A stretch of 64,000 nucleotides of DNA, from contig JAYWIR010000008.1 of the NCBI GenBank assembly GCA_036172245.1, positions 744,001-808,000 of the forward strand, written 5' to 3'. A model generated the notes under the pieces. That model saw only the letters and a list, made by a program, of their open reading frames with translations, had not been told where the DNA came from and did no database searches. The position numbers were made by a program, and so were the translations under genes. Below are positions 13,201-26,460 of the stretch, piece by piece (within the stretch, counting starts at the first letter, position 1; the number at the start of each line of letters is the position of its first letter). This DNA is from Raillietiella orientalis (Eukaryota).

Positions 13201-16200
13201 AAAAATCTAAGGGCCTTCACGAGCGAGAAAGAGGGAAAGAAAGAGAAGAAAAGAGGACACCCTAGGTCCCACGAGTGATGGGACTTGGTCGGATAGAGGG
13301 GGTTACTCGCAGAACGAGCAGAGGCTTGCGGGGGCACCGCCTTTCGGACGCGAGGACGAGTCCGCGGAGGGTGCCAGAGCGCGTACGAGAGAGCGAGTGG
13401 CTCGGCGCGTGCATCACCGGAGTGGATGCACCCATGCGCAGGCTGGCGGAGAGATGGGACGTGCACATGGGCGGCACAGCCAAAGGACGCGCGCTCCCTC
13501 TCGTCCCGCTTCAAAGCAGGGATAGTCGGCAATGATCCGCCTCCCTCCTTCCCGGCACGGTTTCCCGTGGAGACCCTAGTGGGTGGGCGTGAAGACAGCC
13601 GTCCGTCCCTCTCCGGGAGCGCTCCGCCACCCCACCCCACCCCTCCTTCCCTCCGTGTCGGCGGCTTTGGCGGCATCCTTCCTTGTCCGCGCCTCCCCCG
13701 TTGCATCCTCGCGGCAGCTCTCCTCCAACAGCCCAGGGGCGGTGAAGTCCAGATGACTCTTCGCCTCCCTCCTGCGGCGCGCCGGGCGAGCGCGACCTTC
13801 TCCCTCCTGCTCCGAGAGGACGACTGCTGGAGATCTACGCGGGAACTGGTCCCGGAAGGGGAATCGCGGCGCGTGGACGCGGGCAGCTCGCCTTTGACCG
13901 CGCGAAGAATGCGCAAGTGGAGAGGGCCGCCCCACACGTGCGCCATCGTCCTGCAGACGTTCCCGGCTCCTTAGTAGGGAGAGGGGAGGAATCTCAAGGA
14001 GGAACGGGCGCCACATCTCCCCTCCTTCTCTTCCCAGACTCTCTTAGGAGTCCATCCATCAGACCGACAACCCTGGAGCATCTCTCCATGCATCCTCCCT
14101 GCCCCCACTTCCGCAGCCCTCCTCCCTGGAGGGTAAGACCCGCGTCCAGAAGAGGGAAGCCTCGGACAACTCATATCGCCAGGAGGGGTGTCCTCTGCCG
14201 TCACGCTGGAGGAAAGGGGGGACAGCAAAAGGGGAGAGTCACTCGGCCTCCTCCCTCTTTTCCGCGGGCCATCCTCCTCTCGGGAACGCCGCTTCCGCGC
14301 GAAGGTTGCTCCTGCCGGCTCTCTTGCCACGGCAGCTTCGGGGCGGGAGCTTGCGAGCGCGAAGAGGGAGGGATCACTCCACACCTGAAACTCCGAATTC
14401 CCCCCCCCCCTTTTGTCCCACGTTTTCCTGTTCCTTTTTCCCCGAGAAGGACAGGAGGAGCCGGGAGACCGCTCCACCCCTGCGAGTTGGGAATGGGGGG
14501 AGGCCGCTCCAGGAGAATGATGCCGGCCCCAAGCGGCCTAGAGGAGCCGGCCGCTTCTTCCCTCCCCTCCCTTCCTTCCCGGAAGCGAATCTAGAGGCAG
14601 ACGCCTTTCGAAGGGAAAGCGTGCGGACAAGGAACCGCGAGGAACCGGAAAAGCAGCAGAGTCGGGAGATCACTCTGCGCGAAAGGGAAGGGAAGGGGAA
14701 AGCGGGATTGGAAAAACCGGGTCTCTCCCCCTTTCGCTGCCACGCTTCGTGTCTTCTCCCGGCCCTCCTTTCCTTCCTCCGGGAGCCCAGCGACAGGTGC
14801 GCCCTCGCGCGAGCGACCGACGACGGCGTCTCGGCCGGCCGGCGACCGAGCGAGGGGTCAGCGCCGCACTACTGCCGAGGCCGCGGCCGTATCGCCGCTC
14901 TGCTCAGGCGCGAGCGCTCCTCGCGAGAGAGCATGGAGGCGATGGCGGTGAGTGTCAGTCAATCATGGGGAGAGGAAGGCAGGGAGGAAGAAGAAAGCAA
15001 GGAACAACGCGGGGCAGAAAGACGCTGCTGCGGCGGCGGCTGTTAGGAGGAACGCGGGCGTCTCGTTCGGGTGCTCGCGGTAGAGAAGCGGTCGCCGCAC
15101 TCTCGGATAAGCGCGACTGAAATTCCATTGCGATGCGAGCGCGACTGATTGGCTGGCGAACAGACCGTCCGCCCCCTTGATCTCGGTACGCTCATCCTCC
15201 TCCCCCCCCCCCTTCCTTCTTTCTCTCTCCTCTTCCTCTTCCTTTCTTTCTCTCTCTTCCTCTTTTTTTTTTCTTTGCCTTTTCTCCGCCCCCTCCCCCG
15301 TTTTCTTCTCCAGCCCCACCCCCCACTCCCCTACCGTCGGAAATCGCACGCAGCGCTGCGGAAATTCGCTCCCAAGGAGTTTCTGATTTACGCGGGCGCA
15401 GCGGGAGCTCACGCGCAGGCGCGGGCGCCCGCTCTGCTTTCACCTCTCCCTCCCCCTCCCTCAGTGTCCTCTCCTTTGCCCCCCCCCTCCTCCTCCTCCG
15501 CCCTTTTCTCGTCCAGGAGATGTCGCCGCCGCGGCCTGTTCCGAGGGCTAGGAGCGCGCGCTGCTGCTGCGCAGGCGGTCCCCCGTCCCGGCTTCTCGCC
15601 GGAACGAAGGCCTCCCGCATCTCGACGAAACCGGGCAGCTGTCCCGGAGGGAAGCGTCCGGAAGCTTCCGGCTCCGACTGTGGCGGGGTGAGAATGGTGC
15701 GAGGAGAGAGGGGGGGCGCACGCACTCCCCGTCGCCGCCCGTAGAGCGGGAAAGGCGAGACGACCACACAGATGGCGCAAACGCGCGAAGAGTCCGTCGA
15801 GCGTTCGTCGTCCTCGGCTGCTGCAGGGAAATCCCAGAACAACATCTCTCCCTCCGTTCGACTCTCAGAGGAGGATCCAAGGGTCTTCACCCCTATTTTT
15901 GCCCTGCTGGGTCGCAGCAGCAAACTTGAGAGGTTCCATGACCTCCATAGGAGTACCTCTCTCGTCCATTACAAGAGAACCTCCTGTGGCCGTTTTCGCC
16001 GGAGAGGACCGTGCTAGCAGCCCCTGACTCCCACCTCTCGTCGAAGAAGTCGCCGGGCGGACACGTTCATGTGGCTTCCCAGGACGAATGACGTCCCTGT
16101 GAGTGATCCCGTCGGGCAGTGCCCTCCCGTTCCCTCCGGCACCCAACTTTAGCTGCGTGGAAGAGGCCGTCGAAGGTGTGGCCCTGCACCAATTGACCGG

Positions 16201-19200
16201 GGAGGATGGAAGAAAGCGGAACCCGCTGGGAAGGGAAGGATTCGCAGGAGGTTCCGGAAGCGGCTTGCTCGCGTGGAAGTCCCGTCGCAAGCGCTCTCCT
16301 TGGATGCATCCTGAAACCTATCTTTCCTGGCGACGGATACGCACCAGGAAAGGTCCGTGGTTGGGAAGCGCGACCCGTAGCCTCGTCCTACATATTGACC
16401 TTCCCGGCGACTCCCGTTGCCAATCACTCCAAAAGGAACAGATCGCGGTCATCTAGGAACACCTGCGTCTCGCGGAACGGGGCAAATGGGAAAGATGGAG
16501 ATGACCACGACCAAAGAGTAACGTGGCGAAAACCCGGCGGCGTGCAGGGAGCAAGAATTTTCATGGAGAAGCGCCCCCGGTATTTTCAGAACCTCTTCCC
16601 AGCAAGCAAACCAGCACCAGGAAAATACAGGAGAGAGGCAAGAAGGGATAAGGAACTGTGGCTTGCACTGCTGCCACCTCTGAGGGTCCTTGTGAACTGT
16701 GTGTGATTCCTAGAGGCTTCGTGTAAATGTGGTTGTCACGGGGGGGGGGGGGGGGACCTGCTGCTTCCTATTCTTCAGTTGTGGTTGAAAGCTGTCGCCA
16801 CCAGCATAACGGCAGCCGTGCAATGAAACCTCTCTGCTTATGTATTATCTGGGCGGTGAGATCGACATCACAACGTGGCGATCATCGCCACGTCGTGCTC
16901 TCGAATGAATTAGCAGTTAATTTCCGTTAATGGCAATCATCCGCTGCTTCGTTCGAAATTTCCCTACGGTTTGATTGTGCCTCGCAAACTTTGCGAGGGA
17001 GTGCCTCGTTGGAAGCTTTAATCTCGCAGCGCAAACAAGAAATGACTGTATGTTAGTTAGTTGCGCGTGCGACTCTGGCGGATCAAGAGATAAGATTTAT
17101 TTAATTATTGGGTTTTTTTTTTTTTTTTTTCCCAAAAATTCATCCCATGAAAGAAAAATGAAGTTTTCCATTTATGGGAATAAAAACTCACATCCGGTTT
17201 TCTTTCGCACTTGTCACGACGAAATACACATTGAATGCCTGCTCCCTGCTGTTCCTCTGTGTTAAGAGATCTGAGATAAAGAATCTTTAGAGTCAAAGGG
17301 AAATCCATATGCCCTGAAGTAACTACAATTCAGACTGCTTGTCGCCTTTCTTTATTCACATAAAAGAAAGAAAATGCTGTTGCTTTTACATGAGAACTCA
17401 CAAATTGTCTTTGTATGCACCTTAGTAGTAGAAAGAAAAGCACTTGATTTGTGGCAAGCAGAAAGCTAACTTTAAAAAAATTACTATTCATTCGCTGATG
17501 TCATTTTAAAATTCTGAACTTCCATTTAAGGCCGCATTGCGGAATCTGAACGTCACGATTTATTGTCCAGCAGGATTTTCTTATTTATACATTCCCAACC
17601 ACCACCACACTTTATGTATATCACAGACTCCGCGTCGTGCATCATTTCCCCCGAGCCTGGCCAGCTCTCAGCCAAAGTATTGAAATTTTCATCAGCGTTG
17701 TGGAAGCGTACAAAAGGTTTTTAAGTGTGGAAATGCCAGGAACAAAGAGAAAGGAATGTTCGTGTGTGCGGCTCTGAAGCAGCTGAATGCGTGCATTCAG
17801 AGCTGCAGAGCCGCTTTTTGATCCGACGTGAATCGACACGTGAAAGACTTAGTAAAAAGGTCGAAAAATGAAGCAGCGTTAATGGGATTGCGTACTTTAT
17901 TAGCGTTTTCCTCCGTGGGTCGGAATCGAAAATGCATACTTTTTCCTCGCTGCTTTCGGATGATGTGAATAAAATAACGAAATCGCATGCACGTTATTAA
18001 AACTGGTATTTTTACAAGGTATAAACCTTTGTGCTTGGAACTTTTATCACTCAAGTGCAAACATAAATGTCAATGTTGCAAAGTTGCTGCTTTTCTCTGA
18101 GGTTTTTTCCAAAAAAGCGTTCCTACTTTAAAGTAGCTTCAGAGTGAATTATTGGCAAAAGTTGTATGTGAGAAGAAGGAAGGAAGGAAAAAAAAAAAAA
18201 AAAAAAACATTACCACGAATATTTGATCTGCTCACTGGATCACGTTTAAGATCATTGAGACTAGAAGTTTCCACGTTGAAAAAGAGTACGAAGAACGCGA
18301 CTTCACTACATAGTGAGTAGGTGAATGCTGATGTTTTGCGTTCTTACTTTCTGCCTTTCTTCCCCCCCCCCCCCGCACTCCTCCTGAATGGTATATCTGT
18401 AATAGTATATAACTTTTATCGAAATAAATCACATCTACCAAAGCTTGCTTTGTCACGTCGAATCTTTGAGACTTCAAAAGGGTAACCTTACATTCAGAAA
18501 GTGCTTTCTCCGTAGTGATTTGCTGGCTGGTACAGCTCTAGAAATTCAGCCCATACAAAGTCATCACATTTTTAACAAACATTATAGTGCTGTTACAGAT
18601 GAAATAAAGCGCGAGCTCCGAATTTTCTTCACTGCAGAATCCCTCCTGCCTTAGTAACGATTTTATGGCCATTGGGGGAGAAGAAAAAGAAGAAGAAACA
18701 AATAAGCAGATATTTTCGGACATCATTCAGAGTATTCGCTCATTCAGTGCGCTTTTCCTGTGCTGTTTACAAAAAGCCCTATAATCATAGGGATACACAG
18801 AATATGCCAAAGCAAATTTCAAGAACGCCAGGACGCTTTCGGCTGACTACCATCGGCTAAAAAGGGGATTCTGTTGTTTTTGTCTTCCAGAGTCGCCATC
18901 TCTTCTAGGAATGGCTGGGAACAGCGTCAATCTCCCATGTTTCACACTTTGAAAAATTGTCGAAGCACGCATTTCGGGATGGAAGGCTCACTGCAAACGA
19001 AATGACCTGCTCGCGGTGACGGGAACAAAGCAAACACTCCCCATTCGCCTGCATCTACGCAACGTGGCCAGCACTTCCGCCCTGGGGCGTCTCTCCCCTT
19101 GTTACCTGTAGGTACTCGAATACTTGAAATTGTACAAAGATCTCTTAGCTATACGATCTATCAGTCAGATAGCTTGGACCTGAAATTCTTTGCTGCTTTC

Positions 19201-19214
19201 TAAGAAAGGCGTGA

Positions 19215-19217
<3 letters not shown>

Positions 19218-19261
<44 letters not shown>

Positions 19262-19262
19262 T
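19218..19262 (+). repeat. (TTA/TAT)n trinucleotide microsatellite, ~14-15 units
   Basis: Direct reading of ttattattatt... Confidence 0.95.
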
Positions 19263-21589
19263 TAGAAAGGCCGCTCAGTACACGGAGCAAGAAGTTTTCG
19301 TTTGGTAAGTTCGACGAATTGACAAGGCTATCCAGTAAAGATTGGACGGACAGAAGCACTTAACAGATTTGTTGATTTGTTTACCGAACGGATAAAATGA
19401 TATGCTCATACAATGAAACCAATGAGTCGAGGGGGTGAAGCAAAGAGTGCGAAAGAGACCCACAGATTTCGGTTCCTTTTGCCACAGCAAAAGGAACCGA
19501 AATCACAAAGAAACCGAGAGAGTCAGATGGAACTTGATAAGGGATCCCTGTAAGAGAGAAGACGATATATGATCGAACAAGAAATATTCCAATGAAATCT
19601 CGTATACGGAGATATCATTTCGTTGTTTTGAAACTTCCGTTGGATGCTAGAATTGATGTGAACTCTTGAAAGGGAAGTCGGAGGTAATTCTTCGTTCTCG
19701 GCCGAAAGTTCTTCCCACCATTAGTATGCGAACGATCACTGCATGTTATATTTATCTGTGTATAAATTACAGGAGAGCATGGAGAATTTCGGACTCGCTT
19801 CTTCAAAAGGATCGGGAACGCACGCACCAAGTTTGAAGAGAGACCAATATCATGCTTATCGTGTGATCTCTTCGTAGTTTGGTGAAGTTGAAAACTCACA
19901 TCATAACAAATGTAGTCCAGTAGAAACAGCCAGTAGAAACCCTTTTTGCGGTCAAGAGTAGAAGGTTAGAGTGCAACACGGGATGAGCTTTTTTTTTTTT
20001 TGCGCGGACTCGGGAACAGTTCGGCCTCCTAGTTTTATTTTGTTTGGATGAGGAAGAACAGTCAAGTAACAACACATCACCTCAACGGTTCCTCACGAAT
20101 GATACGATGAAGTAAAAAGGAAAAAAGAAAGAAAAGAAAAGAAAAAAAAAAAAAAAAAAAGGGGGGGGGGGGCTTAAAATCAGCAGTTACATGTTATTCG
20201 AAAATCAAGAGTAAAAAAAGCAGCATGTCATTTGAAATAAATTAGCGGTCATGACTTTCTCCATTCTGCATAAAACATCCTAAAGTGTGCCACAGAAACT
20301 TTTGTGAGTACAATCGAAGCTTCATATATATAATCTTGAGGCAAGGAGCGTTTCTTCGGCCGGCATGAAATGTTTCCACATGAGTGTTGACGACTTCGGC
20401 AAGCATGATGCTATCGGTCAAGGTACGATTGAATTTTGGTTTTGACAGTTGTGAATGACCACGTGCATACAGTGTAGAAATAATTTTTGGATCATGATGA
20501 ATAGCATTAAGGAATTATATGGTTTCAGCAGTAATGTTAATTTGTGTCTTCGGACTGGCAATTTTTCAAAACTTGATGTCCATTTTCAACATGAATATGA
20601 AGCGATGGAGAGGACATCCTGTAATGGCCTGATAAATCTTGCAGGATTTTGAGCGAACGAGTCTGCAGAAAAGTTTATATCATGCTATATTTTGAATTCG
20701 CTTTGTTTTTTTTTTTTTTTTTTTTTTACAGGTTGCGGGAAGACATGCGATCAATCATTGATTGCCTCAATTGCCCAGTAGACTCGAGTCTAAAAATAGA
20801 TATAATAAAACAGAGAGAAGAAGGGTTGGCATTATAAATCAGGTCATAATTACGAGCCACTACATTCCATAAGTGAAAACACCTGTTAGGTCTCCCGTAC
20901 GTAATTTATGAGTGCAGCACAAAAACTGAACTTTGTAAAATTCAATGCATTCATTAATTAGCCTAGCGTCTTTCTGTGCCAAAGAAAAATGAGGCAAACA
21001 GCCATCACTAGAATTCAGTAGATTGAATACATAGCTGCATTTATAATAGCTGACCGTGTAATGGCATGGCATTTAAAGCACTCTTATGAAACTGAAGCCT
21101 GGATTGATCGTATTCAACAACACATTGCAATTTGATGCAATGTAAAACAATAGGCGAGCATTCAGCAGCTTATAAAACAGCCTCTGAAACTCTTCCTGGC
21201 GCGCTCCAAAAGTGCGTACTCGACAACCACCCGTTGGGGGTAGGTGAATTCTTAACAACTCCTTGCTTGTCGAAAATCCGTACTGAGTTTTGGTAGGTGT
21301 CGAGAGTGTGGTTCAATCACTAATTGAAGGAACATTCAGTTCTATGCTCCGGGAAACTCCTGGGCAACCAAGCAAAATGGTCCGTTCTGGACCAAGTTGC
21401 GCCGCTGTTCTCAGAACGCTCGTGATGTCGAACACCGATCCATATCTCCACACCTTTGCACAAACACACAACGCTGGAAAGCGGAGGCAAGTCCATCTTA
21501 ACACAAAATGACGTTCGTTTCACACTGCGAGAGGGAGTGATCAATTACTCCAGCGCGGTTCCATGCAGTGCGGAAGGCAACTTTTCCGC

Positions 21590-21603
21590 GTTGGCATGGC
21601 AAC
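21590..21603. promoter_or_regulatory. RFX X-box-like element
   Basis: GTTGGCATGGCAAC, one mismatch from the palindrome GTTGCCATGGCAAC. Confidence 0.4.
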
Positions 21604-24600
21604 CCGATCCCAACGTGCTCGTGTTCCTTGGCATCTTGGACCTCCCGAAGAAGTTGAGGGTGGTTTCGAATTTGATTATTCGGGGGTTCAGATTGCTCTC
21701 CGAGTTCGATCTAATCGCATAGCAGACATTCACAAAAGCACGTTTGCAACGCGAAATGACACGATGCGGCAGCTGAGGATAGCTGTGGACTTCTGGTGCT
21801 TGGCTCGAGATCAGAGGTTCACTTGAGCAGAAGAAACTCTTCAGTTTTGCATCCATTGGAAATCATTCTCATCCTCCAATCATCCGCCAAGAGATCCGAA
21901 GGGACTGAAAAGGGGCATATTGTCTTACGCTGCGCCATCTCTTTGACGTTTATTGATATTTTCAGACAGCGGCAAACACTCCAAATGTTTGAAATGGATT
22001 ATGGTGTGTAAACACACTCGGCACGCCAGTGCAACCACTAATGAACGTTAGGTTTCTCGACAGGGTAAATACTAATTTTGGTGGAGCATCTTAAAAATGT
22101 CCACAAGTACGTAATACGAAAACGCACACAAAAAAAAAAAACAAAAAACAAAAAAATCACGCAGTTGCTTTACTTATTTTGCGCCTTCGCCAAAATAAGC
22201 ACTCGACTGCCATCGAAGGAACCGAGGCAACATTCAAACCAGCATAGGATCCATAATCATCATCATCAAAGAGCCTCCCTGTGCAAATGCGCTCCTCTCC
22301 GAGTTCGTTCCGTGTGACAAAGACATTTCTAGTTATCAGTGGGGTGTTCGGCTGAAGCCACTGGCAGATTGCTGCTCGTGCAAAAGCTGGCGAACCCAAG
22401 TCTGCAATTTCATTTTCCGGAAGTGTGGAAATGGTCCGGTGTAGAATTCAGGTAGACAGAGAGAGAGAGAGAGAGCATCCTCTGAGTTGCAGATCATTAG
22501 ATCTTTATGTACATAAAAAGAAATTGGATTTATTGTTCTAACAAAAAGGAAAAAAAAAAAAAAGGAAACCACTCAGCTAAGGAAAAGTAATTTAATATGC
22601 AGAACTACACTTTAACCGACTTTATTCAAGATTCACGGAATCCTCCCTTTCCAAATCCTCCCCCACCTCCGAAATGCATCCAAAAAAGAGGAAAAAAAGA
22701 AAGAAAGAAAAAGATCCGTGCTATTCATCCGAAACTGCTTTCGAATCCTGGCGAGAACAATAACCCAATTATACAAGGGATTGTGATATACTTTTTTTTT
22801 TGTGTGTGTGTGTGTTCCTCACAGTTTTCACGTGGAACTGGAAGACGTCTGAAACAGACATCAATAGCAGACCTTCGTGGAAGGAAAAAAAAAAAAAACT
22901 CCTGCATCAAAAAAGCTGCTTCTGTGTGAGCACGGAAAAAAACGCAACCTAGTTAATCATTTTTGTCAACTTTGACGCATCTCCGTAGCACGCCACTGGC
23001 GACTTTTGAATGATGGACCAAAAAACGCTCTTGAGATTCTCCCTTTGTGAGGGAATCGAATAAAGTGTTTCGGATCGCGGAGCCAAGGATGAGTTTGGGA
23101 CCAAACAAAAAGCAACAATGGGGATGTGTTCGATGTGTGTTCCCGGCAGGGACACAAAGGTCGTCATTTATCAGCGAGACTTGCTCTCGCATCGCCAAGA
23201 GAACCTCATCTTTCATGTGCTTCAGGAACGGAGGCGGGTCCCAGCGCCTTGAATCTCCATGAAAAGGTTCTTGTGCTTGTGAAAGTTGCGCGAGCATCCG
23301 CGCAGACGGAGGACCCGAGTTCGCTGTGAGGAGAAATATGGATTTCGCAACTGCGGTGTCGCCGGGCAAAATAGGGGATCCGGGAGGTTACCTTCCATGC
23401 CGGCGGCGGTCTCGGGGAGGGCACGGTGGATGCGCGGCGGTTCTCCGCGCACGGGGAGACTCGGGACCCGGCTCCGGTGGAAGGGAACCAGGCTCCTTCG
23501 CGGAAGATGCGAATGGAAAGGCGCAGTGGAAACCCCCCCCCCTTCCTAGCCGAAGAACGCACGGACAACAGCATCCTCCGCATCTCCTAGTCACGCATCT
23601 TTTCCTCGGCAGAAGAGTTCCGCGAGAGTGGGCAAGGAGGAAAGAAAAGAAAAAAAAGGTAGCGTTGCGCTGGATCAAACTCTGCGAAAGCTTGAAAGAG
23701 GCTTTCTCCTTCTTCTTCTTCTTCTTCCTCTTCTAAGAATGCAGTTTTTTAAAGGACAACTCCATTGCGGCAGGGTGGTGCTAAGCACAACTCCGCACGG
23801 AAGATTTATTTAGCGAGTTTGCGGATTGCGCACGGGAAAGGGATGGGCAGTTGTGGAGGTGCCCACAGGAACCGCAGGCAGTGCGCCAGCCGGGATTGCC
23901 TCTGCTGTCAGGGATGCACCCTGTACACGCAGGAACGCACCGTGCACGGTGCTCGTAACGATCGGCAGGGTTCAAAACACACCGTGTTGTGCACGCTGAG
24001 TTCCCCTTGACATCCCGAAGCGGGAGCTCGGAAGCAGTCAAGGACTTGTCGAAACCGAATCGATGGTGAGAGTTGTTCCGGGGAGAGAGGGAGGTGGAAA
24101 AGAGGCTGTTGCCGAGAGATCGGAGTACGGTGCCCAAACTGCTGTTTGTTTAGTCAGTACAGGCAGAAGACCTCGGTTGTTCACAGCGGAAACGTCCACC
24201 GTGGACTACGGGTTTTTCTGTAACACGGTTCCGTGGGCTGGAGGGATGCGAAGAGGCAAGAGGAGGAGGAGGAACTTCACGAGCATATCTGATAAGCAGA
24301 CAACCTGAAATCTCGTCGGCATGAAATCGGTATCCAGAGCGCTCTCGTCTTGAGAGGGGAGGAAGCGGAGTGGGGGTGGGTGCCTCCGGAAAGCAAAACC
24401 CAATAAGGGTAAAGAAAAGAAAAAAAAAAGGAATGGGAGAAGGTAAGAGAACGATGAAGGAAAACGAATGGATGGCGTGGGGTCTATTTTTTCCCTCCTT
24501 TCCCACCGCTATCGCCACCGTCGTCGTCGCCGTCGCCGCCAAAGCCCTGCTGTCCTCATCAACTAGGCTCATGGTGCAACCAGGTCAGCAAGGCGCAGGC

Positions 24601-26241
24601 ACGAGGTTCGTTCACGGCTAATCCTGTTAGCTGGTCTCTCCCTGTCTCGTTGGACAGAACCGACGGAACGCTTCGGAGTAGCGATAGCCACTGCCGGGCA
24701 GCTACGTCTTGGCAAGCCAATGATCAGTGCTTCAGCCAATGATCCCCCCTCGAGTGCTTCGTCCACCCAAACTAAGAGGTGTGGGAACTAGAGAAAAGGG
24801 AAGATTCTCAATGTCTCTCTCTCCCTCCCCCCTCCCCCCCATCCCGCGCTCCTCGAGTTGGGTCGCTGTCGTCGGAGGGAGCTCCTTGTCTGTCGCGTTG
24901 GAGGCTCTTGATGGAGAAGGCGCTGCTGGTTCCTGGAGGGTCGATCCTTGGAGCCACTGCAAACGCGCTACGGGATGCTCTACGGCCACTCAGGGTCTTT
25001 TGCGGAGAACGAGGAGGCCAGCAGCTCCCCCCCCCCCCCCGACTCGGAATCTCCACAGCAGTTCCGAGGCAATGTGCTCTTGGGATCGCTCGCGCTTTGG
25101 GGAGAAAGGCTAAAATGTCCCGAAACTTGCCTTTCAGTGCCGGGATCTCCGGGTCGAACTCCCGTGATCCGCACTGAACGTAGGGCAAGCTGTGCAAGTC
25201 GCCACTCTCCCCCCAACTCGAGAGGGAAGGAGAGCGAGAGAGAGGAAGCACATCGAGCACAAGAAATGAAGAAAAAAAACACCACAGAAGAACAACCCGG
25301 AAGATTTCTAGAGGATCGTAAATTCCACCTACCTGAATATAGGCAGATGGGTTTTCGGATCCAGAACGGGAGGAGGGAAGTGCAGCGAAATGTACGCTTC
25401 GACTCGGAGCCAGACTTGAGGCGTGGGTCGCTTTCGAGTCGCTCACCTTGTATTTTCAGATTGGATTGTTGGCCGCCATGCTTATCGCGCGCGCTGACGT
25501 CACTCTGCGAAGCCGGACTCGACGCGGGTCTCTTTGTAGTCTCGCGCTCTGTGTTTTTGGATTGCATTGTTGGCCGCCGCGCGGTGAGCACGCGGACGCC
25601 ATGATTGTTCCGCGACGGTTCAGAGGGCGTGCAGGGAGGTTCAGCATCGGGAAGAGAAAGGTTCTGGGCAGCATTCACGAGAGGCTGGGAATCCATCCGC
25701 ACGGAGAGGAGGTTTCGTGGAAGTCATCAAGCTGCTGCAGTTTCGGTACATTTTCTTTCAGCGTAACTTCACGACCTTGAGGCTGATCGAGGTCCGTTTT
25801 CTTTGCCCGTGCGCATCCTGCAGCTCTCCCCATCCCGCGTACCTGAAGGTAGGCAAGTGGATTTTCCGATCCGATGCGAGAGAGGAGAAGCGCGGATAAA
25901 TGTGCAAGGTGGGCTACTTAAAACCGGCCAGACTCGGGCCTTGCCGCCTTCCGGCGCGAAGCCAAACGCGAGACGGGACGGCTTCTAAGTGGTTCGCCCT
26001 GTAGGGTGTTCTTTTCTGGGGTCGGGATCGCTCGCCGCAAATGCTGACCGCAGCATTTTTCACGTGCACATCTCCCCAGCATGGAATCCGAGGGTTTGTT
26101 TTCCGCCTCTCGCCTCCTTAGCCAATGGACGCATCCCCCGCGGAGGGAAAGTCGCGCTCGCGTGCGCCGCCTGTCGCTCGCAGAGGCTCGCGCCGCTACG
26201 CTCTTGCGAGAACGGCGATCGGTTGCGAGAGAACGGTGCCT

Positions 26242-26460
26242 CTCGCGCCATGGCAACGCGGGGGGGGAATGCGGCGGATCCCATGCGAGCACCACCGAGC
26301 ATCCGCCGGATAGCCCTCGCGCCATGGCAACGCGGGGGGGGAATGCGGCGGATCCCATGCGAGCACCACCGAGCATCCGCCGGATAGCCCTCGCGCCATG
26401 GCAACGTGGGGGCGGGGGAAGGCGGAAAATGCCGACCCCATGAGAGCACCTCGCACCACT
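26242..26460 (+). repeat. 74-bp tandem repeat (2 identical units plus 1 diverged unit)
   Basis: CTCGCGCCATGGCAAC recurs at 26242, 26316 and 26390. The third unit diverges after about 17 nt. Confidence 0.95.

Noticed and set aside
12225..13946. 573-aa minus-strand ORF and the many other 100-275 aa ORFs in the GC-rich half
   Set aside because: They have Pro/Arg/Gly/Ser-biased composition, are open in multiple overlapping frames on both strands and show no recognisable domain. This is expected from stop-codon scarcity at ~65% GC.
25141..25175. GGGTCGAACTCCC, a tRNA T-arm/B-box-like sequence
   Set aside because: No cloverleaf or A-box could be built around it.
26242..26460. Possible CRISPR-like array
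   Set aside because: Whole units are duplicated with no unique spacers, and the context is eukaryotic.
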